From: a virus
Taxonomy: Duplodnaviria; Caudoviricetes
Virus record (IMG/VR): IMGVR_UViG_3300026432_000013
Span: 1 to 64,000 of that record
DNA: 64,000 bases
Reading direction: 5' to 3' (one strand)
Shown here: positions 44,971 through 54,453 of the stretch, piece by piece
Numbering within the stretch: position 1 is the stretch's first letter
Layout: each line of letters begins with the position of its first letter
Program-made: the position numbers and the translations under genes
The notes under the pieces: model-generated
What the model saw: the letters and a program-made list of their open reading frames with translations, nothing else
What the model was told of the DNA's origin: nothing
Databases searched by the model: none

Positions 44971-45906
44971 TTACTTACGTTTTCTACGTGCTGCTAGTTT
45001 TGCTGCAATCTCAGCAGATAGGTCGTCTCCATCCCCATCGCTAGACTCTTCAGATTCAGAGTTTTCCTCTTCCTCTTCCTTCTCTTCTTTTTTCAGCTTA
45101 GTTTTGGTAGAGTCCTTTTTAGGCTTCTCTTCCTCTTCCTGCTCTTCTTCCTTCTCTTCACCCTCTTCAGGCTCTTCACCATTAAGAATAGCATCAATCT
45201 CATCATAGCTCTTAGCCTTAGCTAATGGGTTTAAGTCGTGTGCCTCTTCTTCCCAGTTATCAAAGCCAATAACAGACTCTTTACGCACAGTCTTAACATC
45301 ATACTTAGTGTTATAACCTGTACCAGACTTAGTAATGATTACATCTAAGCCCTCTTCCTCATCGGTAATATCACCGTACTCTGGATCAATGATAAGAGCA
45401 AGTAACGCCTTATAGATGCCGATACCAGAACCAAACACTTTGATAGGTGTTTCCTCTTCATCATCAGCGTTAAACCATTTCTCCTTACCATCTACTTCCT
45501 TCTTCTCAAATGAATCTAGGTCATCGGCACGGTCAATAGCGTTGTAGTATACACGTGTCTTCTTGTTAAGCTCTTTAGCCATCTTATCGTACTTGTCATC
45601 TTTCTTCTTAGATAGCTTACGGAACTCAGCAACAACGTCACATACTGGACAAGGCTTGTTATCTCCATGAGTTTTAGGGCACACTACCATTGTACCACGT
45701 TTATTCTCTTCAGTCTTATTCACACCAAAGTGTACGAATACCTCTTTAGCAAATACTCCATCACCTTTAGGTGGTAAGATACGGATAACATTACGCCCAT
45801 CTTTAAGGTTAAGCCAGCTAATTCCACCGCCAGAACCATTACCTCCGCTATTGCTATTTAACTCTGTTAATCTTGCTGCTAGTGCCGATACGTCTAATTT
45901 TGCCAT
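44971..45906 (-). CDS. Single-stranded DNA-binding protein (gp32/SPO1-like)
   Basis: LKDGRNVIRILPP, VHF, CP..CPVC, KSGTG..TKY, long acidic tail. Confidence 0.8.
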   Translation of the reverse strand: MAKLDVSALAARLTELNSNSGGNGSGGGISWLNLKDGRNVIRILPPKGDGVFAKEVFVHFGVNKTEENKRGTMVVCPKTHGDNKPCPVCDVVAEFRKLSKKKDDKYDKMAKELNKKTRVYYNAIDRADDLDSFEKKEVDGKEKWFNADDEEETPIKVFGSGIGIYKALLALIIDPEYGDITDEEEGLDVIITKSGTGYNTKYDVKTVRKESVIGFDNWEEEAHDLNPLAKAKSYDEIDAILNGEEPEEGEEKEEEQEEEEKPKKDSTKTKLKKEEKEEEEENSESEESSDGDGDDLSAEIAAKLAARRKRK

Positions 45907-45944
45907 TATAATTTTCCTCCTTGGGGCTAGTTACGGTCAATGAC

Positions 45945-46316
45945 CTAAATTACGCCCATTAAATGTGTGATATTTTGGTTATAACTTTTCAACACTTTAC
46001 GCTTGTCACTACTACGTAACAATAGCTTCAATGTTGATTCTCTATGATTAAACGCTTCAAGAGTAGACTGTAAAGTATCTCTGTGCTCTACTGCTCTCTC
46101 GTAACGCTCACCACCAATGCTTAGGTCTTGCAGGTACTGTACATGATTCTCAGCTACATCATACAGGGTCTTCCACCACGCATACTTACTAGGGTGGCTT
46201 AGGACTTCTTTAAGAACATTAGAGCTATCTATAGCCAGTTCCCTCTGTAAATCCGCTGTGTACATTTTACCTTTTGGTAAGGCGATTCTTATAATCTTAC
46301 GTGACATACTCATCAT
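45945..46316 (-). CDS. Putative UvsY-like recombination mediator
   Basis: LAID..N..E...HPSKYAWW helical pattern; next to SSB. Confidence 0.45.
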   Translation of the reverse strand: MMSMSRKIIRIALPKGKMYTADLQRELAIDSSNVLKEVLSHPSKYAWWKTLYDVAENHVQYLQDLSIGGERYERAVEHRDTLQSTLEAFNHRESTLKLLLRSSDKRKVLKSYNQNITHLMGVI

Positions 46317-46477
46317 ACCTTTCTGTCTTGAACGCCTTCACAATTATTAAAGCAAGGCACACAATTTTTTCTCCACCATCTCTTAGTATCGTGGGGTTCA
46401 ACAACCTGTTCGACATAAAAAAAGGTCAAGAAACGGGAATCGTCTCCTGACCTATAAACAAAATGAAAAGCCCCCTA

Positions 46478-46780
46478 TCAATGAGGGAGCTTTTCTTCTT
46501 CTACTATTCTATTTAAATACAACTTGATACACGCCTTGTCAAAGGAGGTAACCTGTCGTTCATCAATCATTTTATCTAATTCTTCATTTATCTGCTCTAG
46601 TCTAAGATTACAATCGACCATCCTAGATGCCATTGTGACTGCTGCTAAGTACTGTCGGTAAGGAGTGCCAAGTCTGGTAATTTCTATAGGCTCGTCAGAT
46701 AATTTTAGTCCTAGTTGCCTAGCCAAGGCAACCCAGTCAACCTTATCAAAATCTACATTATTAGGCATGTGTTCTAGCAT
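46478..46780 (-). CDS. Hypothetical protein, 100 aa
   Basis: SD AAAAGGAG; terminator downstream. Confidence 0.8.
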   Translation of the reverse strand: MLEHMPNNVDFDKVDWVALARQLGLKLSDEPIEITRLGTPYRQYLAAVTMASRMVDCNLRLEQINEELDKMIDERQVTSFDKACIKLYLNRIVEEEKLPH

Positions 46781-46917
46781 GTCTTTGTCTCTCCTTTTAG
46801 TATGATTTTATCTACTTCAAAGCCCCTACTAATCCAATCTAGAACGTATTTCTCCGTGCATGTGATTACTACCCCATTAGATTTATTAACCATTTCGTAA
46901 GTTTTAGTCTTGGTCAT
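46774..46917 (-). CDS. 47-aa hypothetical protein (not in ORF track)
   Basis: SD GGGAGG; MTKTKTYEMVNKSNGVVITCTEKYVLDWISRGFEV...; overlaps the next start. Confidence 0.7.
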   Translation of the reverse strand: MTKTKTYEMVNKSNGVVITCTEKYVLDWISRGFEVDKIILKGETKTC

Positions 46918-47026
46918 ATTGATTTCCTCCCTCAAATTGAGTTTTGCAAAATTTTATCCTCAAGTCGAGTGGAAGATTCTTCCGTGAGATACAGAACTAG
47001 TTTCCTATACAAAAAAGAAGAAGGCT

Positions 47027-49804
47027 CTAACAAGCCTTCTCCCAGTAATCTAATGCAAATTTTGGTATTGGTGTACCGTTTTCTTCAGCTTTCTTATACT
47101 CTTTCTCTGCCTTAGCCTTTTTATCAGCTAACTCTTTCTGTAGGTAACCGTCCACTCCGTGCTCTTCAATATCCTCAATAGAACACTCGAACGAGTGACC
47201 GTAGTTGTATCCAATCTCCATCTCAGACAGGATTGGCACATCACCTAGGAAATTGTAGAACTCATTGTATTCAGCTAAGTTCTCCATAACATGCTTAACT
47301 TTCTTAGCTACTTCTACTACCTCATCCTTTGGACAGTCAAATACTATACTATCATGAACCGTGATTACGATACGGCTCTTATAGTCAGACTCCTGTAGCC
47401 ACTCATTAATCTTGATAAGAGACATAAGGGTACAGTCTGAACCTGTTGACTGTATAGGTGCGTTAACCGCTTGGCGTTCTGCCTCATTCGCAATAGAGCG
47501 GTCTGTAGAATCTAAACCTTCTAGATGACGAATACGGTTAGTAAGAGTCTTAACGAACTTGTTCTTCTTAGCAAATTTCTTAATACGTTTAACCCAACGC
47601 TCTACGTCTGGGAAGCGTTTGAAGTAGTTATCAATGAATTTCTGACACTCTTCTACAGACATATTAATACCTTCCGCACGTAAGTCTTCAGACAGTCCCT
47701 TAGGAGACTCTTGGTATACGATACCGAACTGAATCTTCTTAGCAGCAGTACGTTGGTCTTTAGTGACTTCATCTACAGTTACACCGAATGCACCTGCGGC
47801 TACCTCTTTATGTAAATCGGCACCAGAACGATACAGTCGGATAAGCTCTTTATCCCCAGTCATAACTGCTAGGATACGTAACTCTAGCTGGGAGTAGTCA
47901 AACTGTACTATAACGCCATTGTCACCAAAGCGAGATACAAACAGTGTCTTTATCTCATTATGATACTGGAACAACATCGCACTATTCACTTTACGAGGTA
48001 ACTGTTGCATGTTAGGTTCATTACTACTTAAACGCCCTGTAACTGTTCCGTGTAGGTTGTAGTTACCATGAACAAGTCCTCTAGCATCTATGTGTAGAAT
48101 TAACTTTCCAATGAAGTTACTGTACAGATGGGCAACCTTACGGTACTCCATCATAAGCTCTACCATAGGGTGTTGATTTCTCATGTATTTCAATGAGTCA
48201 TCATTAGTACTAGGTTTGCCCTTATCAGTGAGGACAACCGTTTCCAGTCCCATTATATCAAAGAATAAGTGCTGTAACTGTGGGGGTGAACTAAAACTAA
48301 ACTTGTCACCACCCTTGCTAGGGTCATACTTCTTATACTTTTCAAACTTCTCTTGTTGCTCTGCTGTACGTTGGGCTTTCTTAATGCCTCCAATGGCTAC
48401 ACGTTCTAACCATCTTTCATGTCGTTCCCTCTCAATACTAACTATTTCAGGGTACTCTCTTAGCTTGCTTTCTAGTCTATCAATCTCAGCTTCATATCTT
48501 TCTTTGTAGATACTAAGTAAGTCTACATCTACTTTAGCCCCTGTATGCTCAATGTCCATCAGGGCATATAAGCCAGGTACCATGAGATTATCCCATAGCC
48601 ATTTCTTCTCTTTGTCCTCTTCAACAAGTGGCTTGTATTTGTTGAGTAGTCTATAGGTTACATCACAGTCAGCCGCTAAATAGACTTTAAGGGTATCCCA
48701 AGGTATCATGTCGTAGTTACCTTCATCATCACCCTTAGGTAAGAATGGGTCTAACTCGTCATCATATCCACCCATGTCAGTTTCTAGCCATGCTAACTGT
48801 TTCAAGTCATGGGTACCTTTTTCCTCTGTTACTGCAAGGTAGTGCATTAACATGGTATCCCATTTCATCTCAGTAAAGTATACATCTATCTGTTGCAATA
48901 ACCACTTCATCTCGAACTTACTGTTGTGTGCAACAAACTTTAGCTTACAGTCTTCAATTAAGAAGCGTATAAATTTAATTATTGTTCCAATCTGATTACC
49001 TGTGAAAGGGGTTTCCCTATGATATAACGGAATGGCACAACCATAGCCAGCTCTATCAGAGAATCCTATAGCTGATATTTTAACTATCTCACTCTCAGGG
49101 AACATAGCTCTCTTAGTCTTGGACATAACTGTCTTATCCAAGTAGGGGTTACTCTTTACACCCTCCAAATCGACTACTACTTCATAGCCATCAGGTAAAG
49201 CCATTAACCTCTTAAGCTCATTGATAGCTGTATCGTAGTCTTCACAGTATAATCTCTCCTGCTCATATGCCAATATGTCAGAAGGAAGCACACCCTCTAG
49301 GATTGATTGTAGATTAATGATGTCCTTAGAAAAGAACTCCATATACTTTGGTTGCTTTAAAACCATATTAGGATGTATCATAGGGAAGAACTTGTAACCA
49401 TCCTTCTCAATAAGTCTTCCACGTTGCTTAGTTATTGCAGTAAGACCCGTTAAAGCCCATAAAGACATATTACCTGTCGGTATAATAATCTCTGGTTCTA
49501 CTGCATCAATCTCTGCCCACAGATAGTCCATACATGCCTTAACTTCATCCTTTAGGGGTAGTCTATCCTCTGGTGTTGAGCACTTAACTACCGCAGTATA
49601 GTAGATGTCATCAGAGTCTATACCTACTTCCTCTAATGCTGACTGTAATAGCTTACCTGCTTTACCACTGAAGTACTTACCCTTCTTATTTTCATGTTCA
49701 TATGGGTTCTCCTGAATCACCATAATACGTGCCTTTTTCTTACCATGCCCCATCTGTAAGACCTTTGGACAGGTCTCAGAAAGCCTACATGCAGTACACT
49801 TCAT
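47027..49804 (-). CDS. polA: Family A DNA polymerase, SPO1-type (UDG-like N-domain, 3'-5' exonuclease, polymerase)
   Basis: DLEG, AHNSKFE, DCD exonuclease motifs; TVTGRLSS; DYSQLELR; AKKIQFGIVY; TVHDS; start reassigned to MKCTAC. Confidence 0.95.
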   Translation of the reverse strand: MKCTACRLSETCPKVLQMGHGKKKARIMVIQENPYEHENKKGKYFSGKAGKLLQSALEEVGIDSDDIYYTAVVKCSTPEDRLPLKDEVKACMDYLWAEIDAVEPEIIIPTGNMSLWALTGLTAITKQRGRLIEKDGYKFFPMIHPNMVLKQPKYMEFFSKDIINLQSILEGVLPSDILAYEQERLYCEDYDTAINELKRLMALPDGYEVVVDLEGVKSNPYLDKTVMSKTKRAMFPESEIVKISAIGFSDRAGYGCAIPLYHRETPFTGNQIGTIIKFIRFLIEDCKLKFVAHNSKFEMKWLLQQIDVYFTEMKWDTMLMHYLAVTEEKGTHDLKQLAWLETDMGGYDDELDPFLPKGDDEGNYDMIPWDTLKVYLAADCDVTYRLLNKYKPLVEEDKEKKWLWDNLMVPGLYALMDIEHTGAKVDVDLLSIYKERYEAEIDRLESKLREYPEIVSIERERHERWLERVAIGGIKKAQRTAEQQEKFEKYKKYDPSKGGDKFSFSSPPQLQHLFFDIMGLETVVLTDKGKPSTNDDSLKYMRNQHPMVELMMEYRKVAHLYSNFIGKLILHIDARGLVHGNYNLHGTVTGRLSSNEPNMQQLPRKVNSAMLFQYHNEIKTLFVSRFGDNGVIVQFDYSQLELRILAVMTGDKELIRLYRSGADLHKEVAAGAFGVTVDEVTKDQRTAAKKIQFGIVYQESPKGLSEDLRAEGINMSVEECQKFIDNYFKRFPDVERWVKRIKKFAKKNKFVKTLTNRIRHLEGLDSTDRSIANEAERQAVNAPIQSTGSDCTLMSLIKINEWLQESDYKSRIVITVHDSIVFDCPKDEVVEVAKKVKHVMENLAEYNEFYNFLGDVPILSEMEIGYNYGHSFECSIEDIEEHGVDGYLQKELADKKAKAEKEYKKAEENGTPIPKFALDYWEKAC

Positions 49805-49972
49805 CGAATCAACTCCTTCAAAACTAATAAAAAGAGGGATTCCAAAAATCCTCTCGTACAATAGAAAAAGACTCTAGGGAGCGAATCCTAGAGTCTTTTG
49901 AACACTTTCAGAAGTATGTGTGAACGATACCGTTCAGATATATGCAGCTATATAATAGAGATCAGTATTAGA

Positions 49973-50281
49973 CTACTCTGCTTTAGGAGCAAAGTCTTCT
50001 ACTTTTAAGCCTTTTACAGCTTTCTTTAAATCTTCACCAGCTTTGATACGAACGCCTACAGTAGCAGCGATTTCCATTGGCTCTTTCTTAATAGGGTCAA
50101 AACCTTTACGTGGTGCACGGTATGCAGGCTCTACTCCCCAGAAACCAGTTAATTGTAACTTTTCACCTTTTTGTAGAGTTTCTACAGTGATTTCTTTAAG
50201 CGCAGTAAACACTTTGTTTACATCCACTTGAGTTAATCCAGTACGTACAGAGATAGCTTTTACAGTTTCTTGTTTATTCAT
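49973..50281 (-). CDS. HU-family DNA-binding protein, SPO1 TF1-like
   Basis: LTGF, RKGFDP (Phe where HU has Arg), C-terminal extension GLKVEDFA as in TF1 GLKYEDFAK. Confidence 0.9.
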   Translation of the reverse strand: MNKQETVKAISVRTGLTQVDVNKVFTALKEITVETLQKGEKLQLTGFWGVEPAYRAPRKGFDPIKKEPMEIAATVGVRIKAGEDLKKAVKGLKVEDFAPKAE

Positions 50282-50450
50282 TTTAAATTCCTCCTAAGGA
50301 TACTTGTTATAGTAAAAGTCAAAGTATTGAAAGTCTCATGGTAACCGCCAGTGAGCTTCTCCCCTTGTGACCCTTCTGACTTAAAAAAACCGTCTCACAA
50401 AATCTTTTCTCCCCTGATAGGGGAGAGTGTTTATCATTATCTCCCCAGTA

Positions 50451-51146
50451 CTATTGCTCTAGGAAGAGCATCTTGTCTTTTGAGTAATCTGGAACATTTT
50501 TATCCACCCATATTTTGAATACATTAGGGAAGTTGTCTCTAACATACGTCATATACAGGATTCCATAATTCGTAAGGTCAGCTATAGCATCAATCTTGCT
50601 CTCCCCTACCTGCTCAGTAGTCAATCTACCCGTTCTTAACCCCTCTTCAAGAAGGTTTAGGGTACTAACTGCACCCTCTATCTCATCGTTGGTCATCTTA
50701 TCTAGGCGGTCATATTTGCGGTCAATGTTTGCCATGATACCACGTATTTCCCCTTTGCCTTTCCAAGATGAGCCATAGTACTTCTCTTTGTCATACTGGA
50801 TTGCCATTAACAACGTCACAATCTCAGGTAGCTTACTATTATCTGGTTGGCTTGGTAACCCTTCCATCCACCTAGTCATCTTCTGTGCAATGGCTTCAAT
50901 ATCCATATTAGCAGGTGGGATAGGTGCAGTAGTTAAGCGTTCAACAGTCTCTACTAAAGTAATACTATTGATATGAAGCCACTCTGACTCATACGCTCCT
51001 GCTCCTACCTTAAATCTCACTGACCCTCCATTAGCTATAGTGGATGAAGCGTTATCCGAATTAAGAATAGCTATGTCTACAATCTCAAAATGTGCCAATG
51101 AATTTCCTGCTACGTACACCTTGTCTCCAATTTTAGGGAAGAACAT
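50451..51146 (-). CDS. Nucleotide-modification-associated (DUF1599/MazG-like) domain protein
   Basis: K...YGSSW......I.RKYDRL...D...DL.NY.IL. Confidence 0.7.
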   Translation of the reverse strand: MFFPKIGDKVYVAGNSLAHFEIVDIAILNSDNASSTIANGGSVRFKVGAGAYESEWLHINSITLVETVERLTTAPIPPANMDIEAIAQKMTRWMEGLPSQPDNSKLPEIVTLLMAIQYDKEKYYGSSWKGKGEIRGIMANIDRKYDRLDKMTNDEIEGAVSTLNLLEEGLRTGRLTTEQVGESKIDAIADLTNYGILYMTYVRDNFPNVFKIWVDKNVPDYSKDKMLFLEQ

Positions 51147-51150
51147 ACAA

Positions 51151-51531
51151 TCACTCTCCATATATGTGTTTTTCGATTGCTAACCAATCGACTTTATATC
51201 CAATTGACTTATCGTCAATATAAATATCAGCACCAACTTTTCTAGCTACATTTGGTTCATATATTGCATTCACTTCAGGTAGTTGGTCATTTACAGCACA
51301 CCAGATATGACCTAACTCATTTGCTTTTAGGAACGCTAACGCCTCATCTAGGGGTGCTCCAGTACGACAAGTCCATAGAATTAAACGAACACCATCTTCA
51401 TATAATCTCTCTAGTACTCGTTTACACTCTGGCTGTAATACTAGCTTATGCCCCATGTCAGGTTCTGTGCTAATCGTTCCATCAAAATCTACTGCCAATA
51501 TAATCTCTCCGTCTAATAGTGCTTTACCCAT
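51151..51531 (-). CDS. HAD-superfamily phosphatase
   Basis: LAVDFDGT, LWTCR, ADIYIDD. Confidence 0.9.
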   Translation of the reverse strand: MGKALLDGEIILAVDFDGTISTEPDMGHKLVLQPECKRVLERLYEDGVRLILWTCRTGAPLDEALAFLKANELGHIWCAVNDQLPEVNAIYEPNVARKVGADIYIDDKSIGYKVDWLAIEKHIYGE

Positions 51532-51626
51532 TAAAACACTCCCTCTCCAAAAAAAAAAATAGCGAACAGGTCAACCGCCCGTTCGCCTTAAAAAAAGAGG
51601 AAGTGTCCCAACTTCTCTCTCCTGCA

Positions 51627-52799
51627 CTATCCGTTCGTGCGTTCGATGTAAAGAACCTTGTCGTAATCCCAGCCCTCGTATAACATCTTGAAGTCTGACA
51701 AGTCCTTATATTTAGGATACAAGAATCGTAGACAAGACAGTTTCCAAGAGCAGGCAGGCATATTATCTAGTGCCGCACACACGATATGCCAGCTACGACC
51801 TTCCTTATGCGCTCTATATGCAAACATTGCAGAAAATGCCATTCGTAGGTAATCATCAGGGATAGAGTTAATGTGGTTTATTACATCCACATACCATTCT
51901 CCAGCATATGAAGTTGGGTCATCGAACCTAGGATTAATGTCAGTAAAGAATTCATCTAGGTGGTCATGGAATGAATCAAAATCACTAGACATTCTAGGCT
52001 CATTGCTGAATGTGAATTGTTGTACTTGTGGTACTTCACGTCCAACTAAAGTAGTAGAAGTCAATCCATAAGCATTCAACACTTTATCAGTCTCTTTTGC
52101 ACCATAGTCATCAAGATAGATATGAAGAGAGTCAGTAATCTGATTGTATGTTCCCATAGGAATACCTAACCAGCTTGACATACACTCTAAAACAGTAGCA
52201 AATTGACAAAGGTTGGCACCAAAGGTACCCCAATGCAGGTCGTTACTACGGTTCATTACTGATAAATCTAGTTTACCTTTACGTATCTTGAAAGTCAAGA
52301 GAAGGTTACATGGTCTATCTTTTGTCTCATTGCGTGCATGGTCAAAGATAGGATTATAAATCACTGCTACTGCTTGGCGTGTGTCAGGGTCAGCTTTAAG
52401 CTTCTCATACACATCGTATAACTGGTCAAAAGGATTCATGATAAAGCCATTCGCATCACTCTTGTTCCAGTGACGTAGACGCTCACCATATGGAGCATTA
52501 AAGAATTCACCGTCATCAGAGAACTGTTCCATGCTAGCATTATAATCCAGTAACCATTTCACATCACTTCTACCACCCATAATCCACGCTGTAGATTCAG
52601 CTAGTTGGAAGAATGGATTTACTACTCGTCCTAACAAGAATGTTAAACGGTTAGCAGGTTCAGTAAACTCTAAGATTACGGGTCGAATCTCCTTTACCGC
52701 TTTCCCACGTGGTTTTACTACATCACCTTCTAAACATAGAGTGAACAATGCATCCATGTACATTTGGGATGGGTTATTGCCTGTAAATATCTCAGCCAT
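51627..52799 (-). CDS. Thymidylate synthase-fold enzyme, probable dUMP hydroxymethylase
   Basis: TRQAV, RPC catalytic Cys, NRSNDLHWGTFGAN, SLHIY; start reassigned to MAEIF. Confidence 0.8.
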   Translation of the reverse strand: MAEIFTGNNPSQMYMDALFTLCLEGDVVKPRGKAVKEIRPVILEFTEPANRLTFLLGRVVNPFFQLAESTAWIMGGRSDVKWLLDYNASMEQFSDDGEFFNAPYGERLRHWNKSDANGFIMNPFDQLYDVYEKLKADPDTRQAVAVIYNPIFDHARNETKDRPCNLLLTFKIRKGKLDLSVMNRSNDLHWGTFGANLCQFATVLECMSSWLGIPMGTYNQITDSLHIYLDDYGAKETDKVLNAYGLTSTTLVGREVPQVQQFTFSNEPRMSSDFDSFHDHLDEFFTDINPRFDDPTSYAGEWYVDVINHINSIPDDYLRMAFSAMFAYRAHKEGRSWHIVCAALDNMPACSWKLSCLRFLYPKYKDLSDFKMLYEGWDYDKVLYIERTNG

Positions 52800-52899
52800 A
52801 TAAAATTCCTCCTTTGAGTGAGTTCGCTTAATTAAAGCGTTCAAACTCAAAGTTGTCTCCCTCTGTATGGAAAACCTAGCCCCTTTACTTACTAAAAAT

Positions 52900-52975
52900 T
52901 TAAAAGTATACTTAAAATTCTTAAAAATTTAAAGAGAACTTTTAAATACTCTTTTTAATAAAAAAGACAAAAAAT
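52900..52975 (-). repeat. AT-rich imperfect palindrome, copy 2
   Basis: Inverted homolog of 11941-12020. Confidence 0.65.
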
Positions 52976-53003
52976 AAAAAGAGTACCCAAAGGGTACTCT
53001 TTT
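52972..53003. terminator. Bidirectional intrinsic terminator
   Basis: AAAAGAGTACCC-AAA-GGGTACTCTTTT. Confidence 0.75.
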
Positions 53004-53012
53004 AAGCGTTGC

Positions 53013-53327
53013 TTACTGGTAGCGACTGTTGTTATCAGTGTACCCACCAGATGTCTTCTTGCCAGTTGTGTGTAGGTTACGAATAACGTCACCTTGCTCT
53101 AACTGGTGAATCATTTCCTCATAGAACTTAACCGCAGCACGAGCATTAGGTAATGTCTCATCTACTAGTAATGGTGCACCTGCAACAGGAGCTAAGTACA
53201 CATCTACTAGAGCTACAGTTACCTTGTTAGCCACATCGTCTAACTCAACCTTAACACTGTCAGTTCCGTAGCGCTTTTGTTGTTCTACATAAGCATTTAC
53301 ATCATGGATATATTTATTAATAGCCAT
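53013..53327 (-). CDS. Hypothetical protein
   Basis: SD GGAGG; monocistronic. Confidence 0.8.
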   Translation of the reverse strand: MAINKYIHDVNAYVEQQKRYGTDSVKVELDDVANKVTVALVDVYLAPVAGAPLLVDETLPNARAAVKFYEEMIHQLEQGDVIRNLHTTGKKTSGGYTDNNSRYQ

Positions 53328-53556
53328 TTCTACACCTCCAAAATAACTTGTCTAAATAAATTATCATGAAGGAGACTATGGTATAATACACAGTAAAAGA
53401 GAGACACAAGGTAGCCACAGAACTAGGGAATCAGCTATAAGGTCATGAACGAGGTAGGCTACATTTCCTTACACTATTCACTATGCCAGTCTGTAGTGCG
53501 TTGCTCTCTCTTCCTTTTTCTTTTTTCCCTCCCCTCCGTGGGGATTCCTTGATGCC

Positions 53557-53658
53557 TTACCCAAATACTTCCACTGCCGCTTTTATGAAATAGAGTACTA
53601 TAAGCCCTCTTATTGAAAAGTCAAAGATGCGTTCACCTAGTGCTTTCTTCTCTTCCAT
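53557..53658 (-). CDS. 33-aa membrane peptide (not in ORF track)
   Basis: MEEKKALGERIFDFSIRGLIVLYFIKAAVEVFG; SD AGGGGGTG. Confidence 0.5.
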   Translation of the reverse strand: MEEKKALGERIFDFSIRGLIVLYFIKAAVEVFG

Positions 53659-53964
53659 TGATAGCCACCCCCTGAACTTAGATTTCCCCAACCCATCACA
53701 GGAATATTCTTCCGTATTAACAGGAAGCAATGGCATTGGACTCGTCCCTAGTAATGTGACAAGCTAGACCAACGTAAAGTTAAAGCAAACCCGAAACGAC
53801 CCCCCGAAACGAGTCACCGTCACTTTTGAGTAACGGGGGGTGCATGCTAGTACACTCTTTGATTCTCTAGGTGTCCCAATCCCCACCAAAAGCGAAACAT
53901 TTTTTCTTACTCTGGGGTGTCTCCGCACTGGGTTGCGAAAATCATGAGTATGGAGGAGATTAGA

Positions 53965-54441
53965 ATGACGCAACTTGTAGTTAAATGTAACCACAATCAG
54001 GTGAGCAAACCTAAGAAGTCTGAAGTAATTAAGTGGGATTTCATAGAACCTCAGTATGAAAATAGATCACGACATACTGGAGAACTAGAGCAGGGTAGAA
54101 AGTCACTGGTTAGATGGTTCGGTGAGATGATATTACCTACAGCAATCGTTACACGCCTAGGAATGAGAGCTACACATGCATTTGCAGCTACTCAGAATGC
54201 CAACGACCTACGCAGAGGATTCATGGATATAGTTGACATATTCACTGCAATAGCAGAGCCAATACTTTGGTTCTACGCTCTGATAGGGTTTATCATGATG
54301 GCAACAGGTAAGAGTAAGGATGCTGGATGGAACAGAATTAAGAACGTAGGATATGCTTACATTGGAATCTCAATGTTACCTACTATGTTCCAGATGCTAC
54401 GTTGGATTTCCAATATCATCAGATCATCTATATCTTTCTAG
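53965..54441 (+). CDS. Membrane protein with VirB2/TrbC pilin-like two-helix C-terminus
   Basis: Start reassigned after SD GGAGGAG; EPILWFYALIGFIMM-G-K..GWNRIKNVGYAYIGISMLP. Confidence 0.55.
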   Translation: MTQLVVKCNHNQVSKPKKSEVIKWDFIEPQYENRSRHTGELEQGRKSLVRWFGEMILPTAIVTRLGMRATHAFAATQNANDLRRGFMDIVDIFTAIAEPILWFYALIGFIMMATGKSKDAGWNRIKNVGYAYIGISMLPTMFQMLRWISNIIRSSISF

Positions 54442-54453
54442 GAGGAATCAGAT

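Noticed and set aside
46409-46415. Spo0A box TGTCGAA inside a promoter-like spacer
   Set aside because: A single short match is expected many times by chance in 64 kb, and no matching -10 box was found
7907-49804. Introns or inteins in terL, helicase or polymerase
   Set aside because: All are continuous, of expected length, with no splicing motifs or homing endonuclease inserts
51627-52799. Plain thyA call
   Set aside because: Lacks the ThyA LGxPFN segment and has RSND..WG..GAN; context (TF1-like, SPO1-type polymerase) favours a hydroxymethylase
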